Assembly (NCBI GenBank): GCA_964016885.1
Contig: OZ024741.1
Location: 197,160,001-197,224,000 of the forward strand
Reading direction: 5' to 3'
DNA: 64,000 nucleotides
Source of the DNA: Eledone cirrhosa
Taxonomy: Eukaryota
Position numbers and translations under genes: made by a program. Below, one piece after another: positions 1 through 13,140 of this stretch; position 1 is the first letter of the stretch; each line of letters opens with the position of its first letter. The notes under the pieces are model-generated. The model was not told where the DNA came from, ran no database searches, and worked only from the letters and a program-made list of their open reading frames with translations.

Positions 1-1710
1 AGATAAACTCTACTGTATAGGAAATTACAATGGGGTAGGAGGTGTAGGCATCTTACTAGCTAAGAAATGGATAGATAAGGTGTTAGAGTTAGAGTATGTG
101 ACAGAATCATCAAGCTTAGAATAGCTGTAGGAAATAAAATGGAAACAATTACATCTACCTATGCACCATAGGCAACACTAAATAAAGACCAAAAGGACAG
201 GTTCTTTGAGGAAATTTTACAGACAACTTCAGGTATTGATAAAAGAGACATCATCATCCTGGCAGGCGACTTTAATGGACATGTGGGACAGTACCAGGAC
301 AGGTTCTGTGACGTTCATGGTGCCTATGGTTATGGCTCAAGAAATGAAGAAGGATTGAGGCTCCTGGAATTCTGTGACATGAATGAACTAACCATCTGCA
401 ACAAAATTTTAAGGAAACCAGCCAGCCACCTGATTTCATATCAATCAGGTGAACACACAAGCCAAATCAATTACTTACTCATAAGACAATTAGATAAACG
501 GACTGTAATAAACACTAAGGCCTTTCCTGGAGAAGAATGCACTACACAACACAAGTTAGATATTAGTGACATCAAAATAAACACAAGACAAAACAAGATA
601 CGCAAGAAAATATGGAAATGGAGGGTTTGGAAGCTAAAAGACCTTTCAGATAAATATCGGTTTAAGAAGCCCTACATGGTGCAGTAGATGAGAGGGGTAA
701 TGAACTAGGTGCTTATAACGTAGAGCACAACTGAAAATTCCTATGTGACAATCTTTTGCAAACAATTGACAAGATTTGTGGCTGGAGTAAATCACCAACC
801 AGACAGAGGATGACCTGGTGGTGGAACAACACAAGATAGAACCATTAAAGCCAAGAGACAGGCAAAATGGGGGTAACAGAGACCAGTACCAAGTAGCTAA
901 GGGAGAAGGTAGCTGACAGATATATGTAGCTGACAGATATATGCAGCCCAGACAGAGGCTTAAAAGAGAAAATTTGCCAATGTCTTGAGATGTGAGGACC
1001 AGAGGCATGAAGTGTTTGACATTACAAAGCAATGTGTTAATAGAAATCGAGGTGTTGGGTAAAAATGTGTTAGAAATGATGCTGGTGCACTTAACACCAC
1101 TGATTCCCAAAAGAAAGAGGCCTGGAAATGTTACTATGATAGACAAATGAATGTAGAGAATGAATAGGAGAAAGAGAAACTGTCCCCAATTTACACAACA
1201 GAAGGACCAGCTATTTAAGTTGACAGATAGAGGGTCAAAGAAACAATTAAGGAGTTGAAGATGGTTAAAACTGGCTAAGGGTAAACTTAGCCAAAACTAA
1301 AGTGCTTGTGAGTAGAAAAGATAGGACTCTGATCCCTTCAGAGAAGTGGCCCTGCTCAATATACAGAAAAGGAGTAGACCTAAAGCTTGGATGAACTGAA
1401 AGAGAAACTGGGTTTGAGAGGAATCCGAGGTGGTGTGCAGGAGAGAAAACTGTGTTGGTATGGACATGTAATGTCCATGGATGATGACCGATGGGTGAAG
1501 AAGTGCCAGGAAATGCCAGTGAAAGGAAGCTGCAGTAGAGGTTGACCCCAAATAACCAGGGCAGAGGTGGTGAGGGCTGACCTCATATCGCCGAGTCTCA
1601 CAGAGGAGATGATAAAGAAACGCAGCGAGTGGAGAGATGCTGTGCTGAGAATGACCCGTCCAACTCGTACAAGCGTGGAAAAACAGATGTAAAAACGATG
1701 GTGATGATGG
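1..1710 (+). mobile_element. Degraded RTE-clade LINE (APE endonuclease, linker, internal deletion, 3' end)
   Basis: ORF 283-687 carries APE motifs (GYGSRNEEG, SQINYLL) and is collinear with the 5964-7659 ORFs. Near 1270-1380 it jumps to the C-terminal region and ends in the RTE 3' motif plus a (GAT)n tail at about 1690-1710. Many stops. Confidence 0.9.
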
Positions 1711-2180
1711 GATAATTTCTGAATCCCATAATTAACTATAAGAAAACAAACTCAAATTCCTTATTGTCAAGTTGGAAACCACTAAAATAATGGTTTCTAA
1801 TTTAGACACAAGGCCAACAATTTTAGAGGCGAGAAAAGTCAATTAAATCAAGCAGAGTGTGTTACTGGTACTTTATTTTATTGACCCAGTAAGGATGGAA
1901 GGCAAAGACAACTTCAGCAAGATTGAAATCAGAAAATCCGACCAAGGTTAGCTTTGCCTTTCATCAATACAGGGTCAAAAATAAAGAACCAGTTACACAC
2001 TGGAGTCAATTTAATCAACTTGACCCTCCCCACAAATCTTTAGATATTTTCTTCTAAATCATTACAGGGTGTTAAGAGTTGACAGAAATATTCTTTTAAT
2101 ATGGTATATGTTTTTTATTTATTCATCACATAACTTTCTATCCATAGGCATATTTTTGTCTATTCAAAGAGAACTACTCT

Positions 2181-2368
2181 TGGATTGGCAGTATCGGTAG
2201 AGGGTCGGATGCCATGCTTTGCAGCAAAGAGTTACGGCCCTTTATGGTCTGAGTTCAAATCCCGTCGAGGTTAACTTTGCCTTTCATCCTTACGGGGTCG
2301 ATAAAATAAAGTACCAGTAACACACTGGGATAATTGCTGGCCTTGTGCCAAAAGTAGAAATAATTATT
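2181..2368 (+). mobile_element. tRNA-derived SINE family A (central domain resembles Deu/Nin type)
   Basis: A box TGGCAGTATCGG, B box GAGTTCAAATCC, conserved core AACTTTGCCTTTCATCCTTACGGGGTCGATAAAATAAAGTACCAG and an (ATT)n-like tail. More copies near 1790-2040, 2675-2850, 14120, 14550, 15390-15810, 16165, 18220, 24210-24710, 26450, 33540 and 62465. Confidence 0.88.
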
Positions 2369-4959
2369 GCATGATATGAGAGTAGACACCTCAATGTATT
2401 GTCTGTATATTGTTCACAGACAGTGTGATGAAAACTTTAACACTAAGAAATAAATGATATATATAAAGTTAAGTCTGTGTTTTTAAATGGTTAAAATAAC
2501 TCTTTGACGCAGTAATTGTATAAATTGATATATTACTGGGGAAAGTATAATGCCTAGTTTTTTAATATTTTGATGAAAGTTTTGTCCAAACATATTATAA
2601 GCCGTGTTATTGATAAGCACAGCCTGCAACTTGTATTTGAGTCAAGTACTGAGCCAAGGTGTATGTAAAATAATCGTTTCTACATTTGGCACAAGGGCAG
2701 CAATTAACCAGTACATTACTGGTACTTTATTTTATTGACCCCATAAGGATGAAAAGCAAAGTTAAGCTCGGCGGGATTTGAACTCAGATCGTAAAGGGAC
2801 GTAACTATGCTAGAAAGCATGGCGTCTGACTCTCTACCTATACTGCCACACTTAACATACTGTAATGATTTAACAGAAAATATATAAAAACATATCAGTT
2901 AATTCAACTATTTATAGTATCTTTATTAATGGACAGATCATTTTGAAAATTTGTAGCATTAGAGTAAAGACTTCAATATTTAATGTGATATAGTCATAGT
3001 ACTACTTTTAACTTTGCAAGAATGTTTTGACAATGTGGCTTCAAGTGGTACAGGACACTAAAAGTTAATAGATATAAATTTATAAGACATCAAACTGCGA
3101 AACTATAAAAAGCCACAATTCTATCATCTATTTTAAAGGGTTCCTATGGAAATTAAAATCTTCCAACACAATTTTCTATAAAAACTATATATTAAGTTAT
3201 TACCTTAGTAATGAAATAATAATTTTAGTAAATATCTCAAATTTCTTCAATAATTAATTGAAATAGAGTGTATTTCATTAGAAATATGGCCATGAAAGTG
3301 AAATGGTTTAAATTTTATTAATTCAAACATAACTATTGTAGTTGAACCGTTACTAGAATTTCATTTATTCTCAGTGTTGCATTTACATGGACATCACATG
3401 CAGAAGTAATTGCTTAATACTGATTTTTAAATCAAATGTCAATAAAATATTTTCTCTCGAATAGGAGTTGATAAACAAGGAGCAGAAAATATTTAAAAGT
3501 TGTAGGCACTGATTGAAATGTGCAGCATTTCTTTAGACTGACCAAAAGAAGAGCCATATGATAATGAAGTTTTTGTTCACAGACACATGGTTCTGGGTCT
3601 GACCCCTATGCACAGCACCTTAGACACGTGTCTACTGTAGACTCATGTTGACCAATACTTTATTAGTGGAATTTGATAGATGAAAACTATGCCAAAACTC
3701 ATGTTTATGTGTGTAGTCTGCACGTTTGTACATTTCTGATAATATTTAGCAGTGTAAAATGGGTGAAGTGTCAAAAAGTGATTCAACAAATATCACTTCA
3801 CTTTTCCTCTGATGCCTCCCAGCTCGTGGAGGTGCTGTTTTAAATGTATTTTGGGAAAATACAGCCCAGTTAACCCCAACCCTAACCCAAGCAAATAGAT
3901 TGATAAAATAACTATCAGACTGAAATAAGTGTTGGGGTTGATATGACTAACTAAAACCCTTAAATGTGGTGTCCCGGCATGCCCACAGTGCAATGACTTA
4001 AATAGAGTAAACCTTATGTTATTGTTTAGCCTTATATCAAAGGGCCTAGAGAGGGATGGGTTCCACCAGCTTTAAAATACCCAAGAAACGCAGTATGTCA
4101 ATACGGTGCCCCTACAACTATCAGGGGTTACAGGACCATACATACATATATCAAAGGAATCCTAATCATGGAGTCCCATCATTTTTTTCAGTCATAGTGT
4201 ATATAAGACTACCTTATTCAATGTATCATCCCATTTTTTAAAGACAGTAGAGTGTGGTTTGAAGGGGATTTGGTGGCTCTTTCTCACTGAGTGACTACAA
4301 AGATGTTCATATTTATTGATTATTTAATGTGTATTTGCTGCATCTAATTTTATGTTATTGTATGGTAGTGTGTGATATTGAATTTAACAGTATGCTCTTG
4401 CAATTTTTGTCTGATGTAGGAAAATAATCTTGCCACCATGATCAATATTTATTTATTTATTTAGTGAAGATGGCATAGGCAGCTGAATTTGTATATACAA
4501 TATCAGTTGCGTTTGGTAACCAACTAATAAAATAAGGTTGATAAAATGATACCAGTTATATTCTATGGCAAATCAATCAATTAGATGTCTCCATCAACAT
4601 TACAGTATTTGTTAATGAAGTTATCTCCAAAATACACTATCAAATTAGGCCCACCCTCTTCCTTCTCAGCAGCAACAACCTGTTCACTGATAGTTTTAAA
4701 TATACACACACACAAACATGCATATGCAGATGATAGCACCCCACACACAGGCATCATCCACATATTAACTAAATATCTCACACCAAATAAACTTCCAAGA
4801 ACAGAAATTTAGTCTCTTTCAACAGCATAAATCTACACATATCAATCCAGCAATATTGTACCACAACTAAAAGCATAAATTTGTTACAACTGCTCGGCCT
4901 TTCAATCTCTGAATTGTGACTACACATGTTATATTTTTAAAACTGCATCCCAAAATACT

Positions 4960-5465
4960 TCAGCTCTGAACTCTTACAAACCTCAAGTGTGACCCACATT
5001 AGAATATATCTCCCATACTTAGGACAGTGAGCTGTCTCTCTCTCTTACACACACACTAACTAGATTACATCAAAAGATGCTAATATGACTGATTGGCAAA
5101 GATTCACTTTCTAACATCCTACAACTACCAGCCCAAAGATATATGGTTTTCTTCTTTCTCTCTTTTTCTCTCTCCTACTGTTCCTCTGAAATACCATATT
5201 ATATACCAACACTACTCTAATCAGCCTGATGCAACCAACTCCCCACCATCTTACCAACTTGACTGTCTTACCTCCTCAAACTCTGCACTAAACACTGCTT
5301 AATCTTCTCTCTAATAATCTGTAACCCCCTTGAAACTCCTTCCTCACCTTCATTTTCTATATAAAAGTTCAAGCTGAACATCAACTGCATAAACTCCACC
5401 AGGGTCTGTAAAGTCATAGGGCGTAGCCCTTCCTCCTACTACTGGGTAAATAAATATAAAAATAG
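4960..5465 (+). mobile_element. Old CR1/L2/Jockey-type LINE 3' fragment
   Basis: Degenerate LYKxQVRPxLEYxSHxW-like motif at about 4970-5025 and an A-rich end at about 5450-5465. Confidence 0.55.
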
Positions 5466-7732
5466 GAATGGTTTCTATCATTATTAAACTGAACTTATTT
5501 CAGGCTAGGTTGCTCGCTCGCTCAGCGAAATGTAACGTACAAATGCCATTTTCTTTACTGTTCTCTCCATTTTTTCCCCCGGTCCATTCATCTATCTGTA
5601 TCATTTCGTCCAGAATCCAAATCTTTGCTTTTTCAATGCTATTCGATAATTCTGTCTGATTGTTCAAATCAATCTTCTTGTATTTTTAAATTCCCATAAT
5701 TCTCTTATTACTGTTATATATGCTTGTTCAATTATGCCCAAAATTCAAGGATTTTATTTAAACCTTCTCGCTAACTACCCCATATACACTCACCACCATT
5801 ATTACGTTGACCAATCATAAGTCAGCGGCCTATGCTATCACTTCTTAAGTTTAGACCTGGTTGCCTTTCGATATGATAGATGGACTACAGAATTCTGGAG
5901 AGTTTGAAAAGAAAAAATCTGGACACTCAGTGACAATGCCAAAGATAAAGACAAATTCACCTCATGCTGCCGGACGAGAATGCAAGGACTCCTCCTCTTT
6001 ATTTCGGCCACGGATGGCTAACACAATCCCATCTCCCTCACCCCACCCCCCACCGTTCCCACCCTCCAAATGCAATCCAAAACTTCAGAGTTGGTACCAT
6101 GAATGTAGGCACCTTAAAAGGTTGCTCTAACGAGGTTGTAGAAATGCTTGAACGTAAGGCGGTCGATGTTTGCTGTATTCAAGAGACCAGGTGGAGGGGT
6201 GGGTCTGCTAGATTCATTGTGGGTAAAAAACGATGCTATAAGCTTTTCTGGGTGGGAAATGACAATGGGCTGGGTGGAGTAGGAATCATGGTAGCAGAAA
6301 AGTGGGCAGATAAGATAATAGACGTAAATAGAGTGAACGACAGAATAATTAAAATAAGACTTGTCCTCAATAGAACTACTATGACAATAATATCTGCATA
6401 TGCACCCCAATCCGGACCGCCTGGCGTTATAAAAGACAGATTCTATGAGTCGTTACATCTCACTACCTCCCAAATAACTGACAGTGACTACATAATTATC
6501 GCTGGCAACCTAAATGGTCACGTTGGACAACATTGTGATGGCTATGATGGAATCCATGGAGGCTATGGGTTTGGTACTAGAAATGAGGAAGGCTCAAGAA
6601 TCCTGGAATTCTGTGACACAAATAACCTAACTATCTGTAACACTAACTTCAAAAAACGAGACAATCACTTGATCACCTATAGATCAGGGGAACACACCAG
6701 CCAGATAGATTATATCCTTACCAGAAGACGTGACAGAGTGTCTGTTGTAAACACTAAATCCCTCCCCCATGAAGAATGCACCTTTCAACATACTCATAAT
6801 TAGCGACCTCATAGTCAGGACGAGACGTACTCGACAACAGAGGAGGACTATCCTCAGGAGAAAAATATGGAAGCTAAAGGACCCCACAGCCAGTAAGAAA
6901 TTTAAAAGCATATTACTTGATGCTTTTGATAGTAAGGAAAAGCAATTAGAGTCGTACAATATAGAGGAACAGTGGGAATTCCTGAAAGCTAACCTGCTGA
7001 AGGCGACAGATGAAATCTGTGGCTGGAGCAGACCTATAGACAGGAGGAGAGTAACATGGTGGTGGAATAGTAAGGTGGAGGAGTCAATCAAGGCCAAAAA
7101 GCAGGCTTGGAAAGCATGGCGGGATGGGGGAAGTAGAGAAGACTATCAAGTGGCCAGGAGGGAAGCTAGGAGACAAGTGTACTTCGCAAGAAGGGAAGCA
7201 GAGGAAAGAAAGTTCAAGCATGTTCTACAACGCGAGGACCAAAAACGTGAGGTGTTCAGGATTGCTGGGCAATGTGTCAAGGAAAACCGTGATATTGTCG
7301 GGGAGAAGTGTGTCCTTAATGATGATGGTATACTTGCCATCACTGACGCTGATAAGAAGGTAGCTTGGAAGTGTCACTACGAAAGGCTACTAAATGAGGA
7401 GAATAAATGGGAGAAAGACAGTCTCCCCCACATCGATCCAATAGAGGGACCAGCAGTGCAAGTTGAAGATAGTATAATAAGTAAGGCAATCAAAGATATG
7501 AAGACGGGTAAGGCGGCCGGGCCTTCGGAAATAGTTGCTGAAATGCTGAAAGCATCTGGAATGGTGGGACACACTATGGTCACCCGGATAGTAAACCAAG
7601 TCATACAGAATGGGGTCGTTCCGAAGGACTGGCGTAGCAGCATCATCATTAACTGCTAAATTAATTGACCATGTCATGAAGGTCACAGAAAAAGTAATAG
7701 CGCAACTAATCAGAGAGCGAATTGATCTAGAT

Positions 7733-8445
7733 CAAAGGTTCTCAACGGGGGGCATATGCACCCCCGGGGGGCATTTCGGAACTCCAGGGGTGCGTTTGGG
7801 AACAAGGTCGCACTAGGGGGACGTTTGGAGCTGGGAGAGGGCGTTAGGGGGGGGCGCTGGGTTTTTCCATTTTTAGGATCTCAATTACCGGTTAACGTCT
7901 CAATTACCGGACATGCCTGCACACCTGCTCACAGCTGCGGTTTGAATGAGCTTGCAGACAGCATAACTATAGTCTGACTGCAGCTGTGAGCAGGTGAGTC
8001 CGGTAATTGAGACGTTAACCGGTAATTGAGATCCTAAAAATGGAAAAACCCACAGTCAACTGAGTCAAAGACACTTTGAGCGCAGACAGTTAGAATCTTA
8101 TCTTTCCTTCACCGATAATGTATTTCATGTCTGAAATTATTGACTCAACCGTAACGAGTTAACACTATGTAGATCTATTTTATTCCCTATTGTATAAATA
8201 ATATTACAAATAAAAAAAAAGAAAAGAAAAAAACAGAAGCGAGTAGCACACACATCTAAGACGACATACAACACATAATCAGATAATACACACATCTTTG
8301 GAATATTGTTAATCAATTTTTTAGTAATCTACTGATATAAAAATCAGTAGTATATTGAAAAAGTGAAAAAATAGGGTGGCGGGGGCGTTTCGTGATTTCG
8401 AGGGACAAAAGGGGGCGTTTGGCCTAAATGGGTTGAGAACCTGTG
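7733..8445. mobile_element. Non-autonomous hAT (Charlie/Buster-type) MITE inserted in the RTE RT region
   Basis: TIRs CAAAGGTTCTCAAC / GTTGAGAACCTGTG (13/14). 8-bp TSD ATCTAGAT (7725-7732) / ATCTTGAT (8446-8453). Removing it restores the frame IRERIDLD-DMQF. Confidence 0.95.
7858..8052. repeat. Fold-back palindrome with perfect 55-bp arms inside the hAT MITE
   Basis: 7858-7912 is the exact reverse complement of 7998-8052. There is an inner 17-bp pair at 7922-7938 / 7980-7996, and TCTCAATTACCGG occurs twice per arm. Confidence 0.95.
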
Positions 8446-10234
8446 ATCTTGATGACATGCAGTTCATGTTTGTGTCAGGTAAAAGTACCACAGACGCTCT
8501 TTTCATTGTACGACAACTACAGAAGTACCTAGCTAATAGTAAACCCCTATACTTGGCTTTTGTTGACTTGGAGAAAGCCTTTGACAGAGTCCCCTGCTCC
8601 ATTATCTGGTGGGCTCTTAGAAAACTAGGTGTTGATGAATGGCTTGTGAGAGCTATACAAGCCATGTATAAAGAAACAGTGAGCAAGGTTAGAATTAACA
8701 ACGAATATACTGAAGAGTTTAGCGTAAAAGTTGGTGTTCATCAGGGCTCCGTCCTTAGCCTCCTACTATTTATTATTGCCCTTCAGGCTATAACAGAGGA
8801 GTTCAAGACCGGCTGCCCATGGGAACTCCTATACGCCAATGATCTAACGCTCATCGCTGAATCAATGGCTGAACTAGAGAAGAAATTCCAAACATGGAAG
8901 CATGGCCTAGAATCAAAAGGCCTTAAAATTAACCTGTCTAAGACTACAGTTCTAGTTTGTAGGAAGGAAAATAGGGCACTGGTCCCATCTGGAAAATGGC
9001 CATGCTCAGTGTGTAGGAAAGGAGTAGGTAGAAACTCCATTTTATGTCCCAAATGCAAAGTATGGGTGCATAAAAGATGTAGTGGGATCACAGGTAAGCT
9101 AACTAAGAACATAGATTTTATATGTGGCCGATGCTCAGGTGCAATAAGTAGCAGCAAGTGCCCACAGAATACTAGCTCATTCCATTGCACAGATGGTTCT
9201 ATAGAAATAGTGGACACCTTCCGTTACCTGGGTGACAAAATCAGCAGTGGTGGAGGGCGCTCTGAAAGTACAGTGGCTAGAGTCAGAACGGGATGGAAAA
9301 AGTTCAGAGAGCTTATACCACTATTAGCCGCTAAAGGGTTCTCTCTAAAAATGAAAGGCAGGCTGTATGATGCCTGCATACGAACAGCAATGTTACATGG
9401 CAGTGAGACCTGGGCATTGTGTGCAGAGGATATATGCAGACTGGAGAGGAACGAAGCTTGCATGCTCCGCTGGATATGTAATAGTAATATACGTGAACGG
9501 CAAAGCATAAATGAACTAAGGGAGAAATTAGGAATAAGAGAGAAGACTACGTTGGTATGGTCACGTGATGCGCATGAAAGATGACAGCTGTATAAAAAAG
9601 TGCAGGGCGATAAAAATAGACGGTAGCCACGGAGTAGGCAGACCCAGAAAAACCTGGGACGACTTGATAAATTCCGACCTCACACACACCTCTCCAAGAC
9701 AATGTCACTGGACCGAGATCTTTGGCGCTACACAGTATTACAGAAGACCCGCCTTGCCTAAGTACAAAGCGAAACCTATAGTCAGTAGGCACCTCTTAAC
9801 AAAAAAACATCCCCCGTCCCACTACCCCCACCCCATCCACACCACCCCTTTCAATGTAAAGTTATGTTGGTACCACAACATCCAGTTCGAAATAAATGAG
9901 GTCGTGTAGGTGTCACGACAAAAAAAAACACACAGTCCAAGCTGTAATGTGGCCGTGTAGGTAACACGGTAAAAACCTCCCAGTCTACACTGTAAACATG
10001 GTTGGTGTTAGAAAGGGCATCCAGCCGTAGAAAACCTGCCAGACAGTCCTATGCGAGCAAGACAACCAATCTTGCCTCAAGTGGGAAAATTCCCGTCCAA
10101 ACCCGTGCAAGCGTGGAAGATGGACGTTAAACGACGATGATGATGATATAGTGATAGTTGTACTTCACAATTCAGTTTTTTTTTAATTACATAAATGAAC
10201 TTATTTCTATTCTGAATTTGAATGCAATATTATA

Positions 10235-10660
10235 TATGAGGTCTATCAAAAAGGTATCCTTAGGCTAGGAAAAGAATGTACTTGGTGGGGTTCAAATGCT
10301 ATTCTTTGAAATAGGGTCCTAGTGCCTCCACACACATAGAAGGTTCTCATCTCTGTTCAATGGTATCTTTATTTTTGGGGACAACCAGAAGTCAAAATGA
10401 GCCATATCTGAAGAATAAGAAACCTGGTGAATGAACGAAATGCCTTTCTTTGTCAAGAAACCTTGGATCAGCTGCAATGAATGAGCCATGAGCTGCAATG
10501 AATATTGCCATGATGTAGCTACTGGTTTTGCAAGGCCCACAGATCTAGTCTCTTGCATTGAACTACATCACGGAGACTGAAGGACTTGTTGATAGTACTC
10601 CTCTATAAATGTTTGTCCTTCTGATGCATATTTCTGATACACAGTACCTTGGTAATCAAA
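10235..10660 (-). mobile_element. Mariner transposase 3' fragment with a probable terminal repeat
   Basis: Minus ORF 10319-10558 has YSSDMAHFDFWLSPKIK, matching the mariner YSPDLAPxDFWLFPKLK motif. TATGAGGTCTATCAAAAAG at about 10235 resembles a mariner TIR. Confidence 0.8.
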
Positions 10661-12191
10661 GAAAGCAGAAACCAACCAAGGTTATGGATATTATCCAACC
10701 ATCTTGCTTGTGATCTACATTTGGGTCTCCTGCTGGTTAGCTTTGCCCATAATTGTCCTGCAATTCTTTCCTTAAACATTTTAATTACAAGTCCATAGTA
10801 TCAGAGCTGTGATTTCTTAATGTAGAGAAGTTGCAACTCTACCTGGAATGACTACCTGATCGCCGAGCTATGCACCCTATCAAGTAACATTACTCCAGAA
10901 ACCTTTTAGAGGGACCCATTCAGTTGCTTGTATTCATGATCATATTCTTTGTAAATATGTAGTTTTCTGCCAAAAGAAATTATCCTTACAATTATGAAAG
11001 CAATGCTTAAGCTTTTCATTACCATATTTTTAATGAAAGATATTGCCCATAATTTTCAATTAATTTTGAAAGCAATCAAGAATTTTGAGGTATTTAGTAA
11101 AATAACTAACTTTCTCATTTATCCTAGTGTTAACAACATAAATTAGCAATGGTTTTTACACAGATTATGACAGATTTTTACATAAATATAAACACTTTAA
11201 AATAAACATGCTTGTCATATCTCATTTATCTTCATTTCACAATTTATTTTTTAAAATCATTATTAGTGTTTGTTTTTGGTATGGTTCAATTACCAAGTTA
11301 TTTCCATGTCATCTGTTGACACTAAAAAAAATATTATACTCTAAGTGATGGCTGAATCACAAGAAATGAATGAATTATATCAGATCTGACTACTTTATCT
11401 ATTTTAAGTGTCCTTCATAAGCCCAGGGGCCCATCAGGCCAGAGCTTATCCTGGTTTCATGTGGCATTAAGCAACTGAGAAAACAGGAATACTCATTTTC
11501 AGCTGAGTGAAGGGAAGTACAATGCATCACCCAGTCTGGCAATCAAACCCATAATCTTACAATGACCCCAATACCCTGCCCAGTATCCTACCAACTAAAC
11601 CATTTTCCCCCCTCACTTTATCTAAATACACCCTAATTTCTAGTTTGCACTAAACCATACTTCCACCACTATAGGAGATATTCTCACATAATTAATGAGA
11701 AATACATCCATGATATATATATTTAATATTTTCCCTGATATTGAGCATAATCATTGTTAGATGTAAAATAATTTATGTGCAGACTAGACAATATGTTCTA
11801 TTCAAAGATATTTAGATACACATAAGGTTGTGTAGTCTAAAATTGAAACCAACTGAAGAGTCAAGACAATGCTCTGGTTATTCATCGTTTTTATCAGTAA
11901 AAGCTTACTAAAACAGCTTCTCGTGTCTCTAAAATATTGTAGTGATTTATATGTTAAGGGAAATAGAATTTCATCCACATACACACATGCACTCTCTTTA
12001 ATATGGCAACTAGGTATCCAGTCATCATTGCCTGATCTGTTTAAAAATCACTATCAACAACATAATTCAAATGTGTTAATATTAAAATATAGGTTACAGT
12101 CAAATTATTTCCCTTGAATGTTTTAACAAAAATAATAATCATAAGTAGCTTTAATCAATAAGTAAATAACATGAATGTAAATAACATTAAT

Positions 12192-12381
12192 TGTTTCTAC
12201 TTTAGGCACAAGGCCAGCAAATTACCCAGTGCATTACTGGTACTTTATTTTATCGACCCCGTAAGGATGAAAGGCAAAGTTAACCTCGGCGGGATTTGAA
12301 CTCAGATTGGAAAGGGCTGTAACTCTATGCATCAAAGTATGGCGTCCGACCCTCTACCGATACTGCCAATCCACCACCCTT
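12192..12381 (-). mobile_element. Full-length young SINE family A copy with TSD
   Basis: 17-bp TSD ATGTAAATAACATTAAT at 12175-12191 and 12382-12398. A and B boxes intact and CpGs retained. Confidence 0.92.
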
Positions 12382-12739
12382 ATGTAAATAACATTAATGG
12401 TACAAAATATATCCAGCATTACAAATATAGACTAGAGATGAATGATGAGAGAAAGGGAAAGATGAAAAAGAGAACACTTTTAAGAATTAAATTAAAAATA
12501 AAAATTACAAACTACTGGCAAAACCAACTGGCAGGGGTAGATCCATGCAAGATGGTTGGATAACATCCATGAGCTCAGCTGGTCTCGCTTGGGGATCCAG
12601 CCAGATAAGTTAGAAATGGTTGCTTCTGACAGGACCTGCTGGAAGGAGTGTTTGAGGACTCTGTATCCATGACCCTCTTAGGAATAAGTGGGTGAAGAAA
12701 AAGTTACAAATTAACTCTCTGGTGAAGTAAGCAATGCAT

Positions 12740-13140
12740 ATCATTTAAAGTCCATTTTCTCTGCTAGCAAGGGTTGGATATGTTGTCACGGACCGCAGTG
12801 CCACTCTGATCTCCAGGAGGGCCGGGGGGCTTGCATCTCACATACATATGTTCCTGTAGTCTATTGATAGTTTAGACAGGCCAGGGATCCAACATACAAT
12901 CCCATACTCTATCGAGTGCATTTTATTATGACATCAACACTAGGGAAATTGTCAAGTTTTTGACACAGTTGAAGAGACCCCACTACCCTTTGTTTGGTAG
13001 ATTTTTTTTTTTATAGCTTTATCATGTAGATCACTAACACTAGGGAGGTTGTCATGTATGACAACTGAAGAATCCTCCAAATCCTTTATTTGGTAAATTT
13101 CCTACAGCTGGATGCTCTTCCTACCCACAACCATATATTT
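12740..13140 (-). mobile_element. SINE-like family B with RTE-type 3' tail
   Basis: Reverse complement carries a GGTTG..TAGGAAG(A/G)GCATCCAGCTGTAG motif and an RTE-type tail. Relatives at 21215-21360(-), 31330-31620, 32330-32420, 46330-46640(-), 49000-49370 and 49455-49930(-). Confidence 0.7.

Larger units (their letters stand above)
5860..10147 (+). mobile_element. Near full-length RTE-clade LINE (APE-RT with internal PHD finger), inactivated
   Basis: ORF 5964-6803 is APE (GTMNVGTL, IQETRW, GNLNG, SQIDY). A frameshift leads to 6769-7659. RT lies in about 8454-9584 (FVDLEKAFD, GVHQGSVLS, YAND, FRYLG). Short deletion at about 7656, MITE insertion, and a 3' UTR ending in (GAT)n. The 5' boundary is approximate. 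Confidence 0.95.

Noticed and set aside
2181-2262. tRNA gene
   Set aside because: The A and B boxes belong to a multi-copy SINE head with SINE core and tail; no clean cloverleaf.
8376-8445. N-terminus of the 402-aa ORF as a novel RT extension
   Set aside because: These codons lie inside the hAT MITE right end; in-frame fusion by chance.
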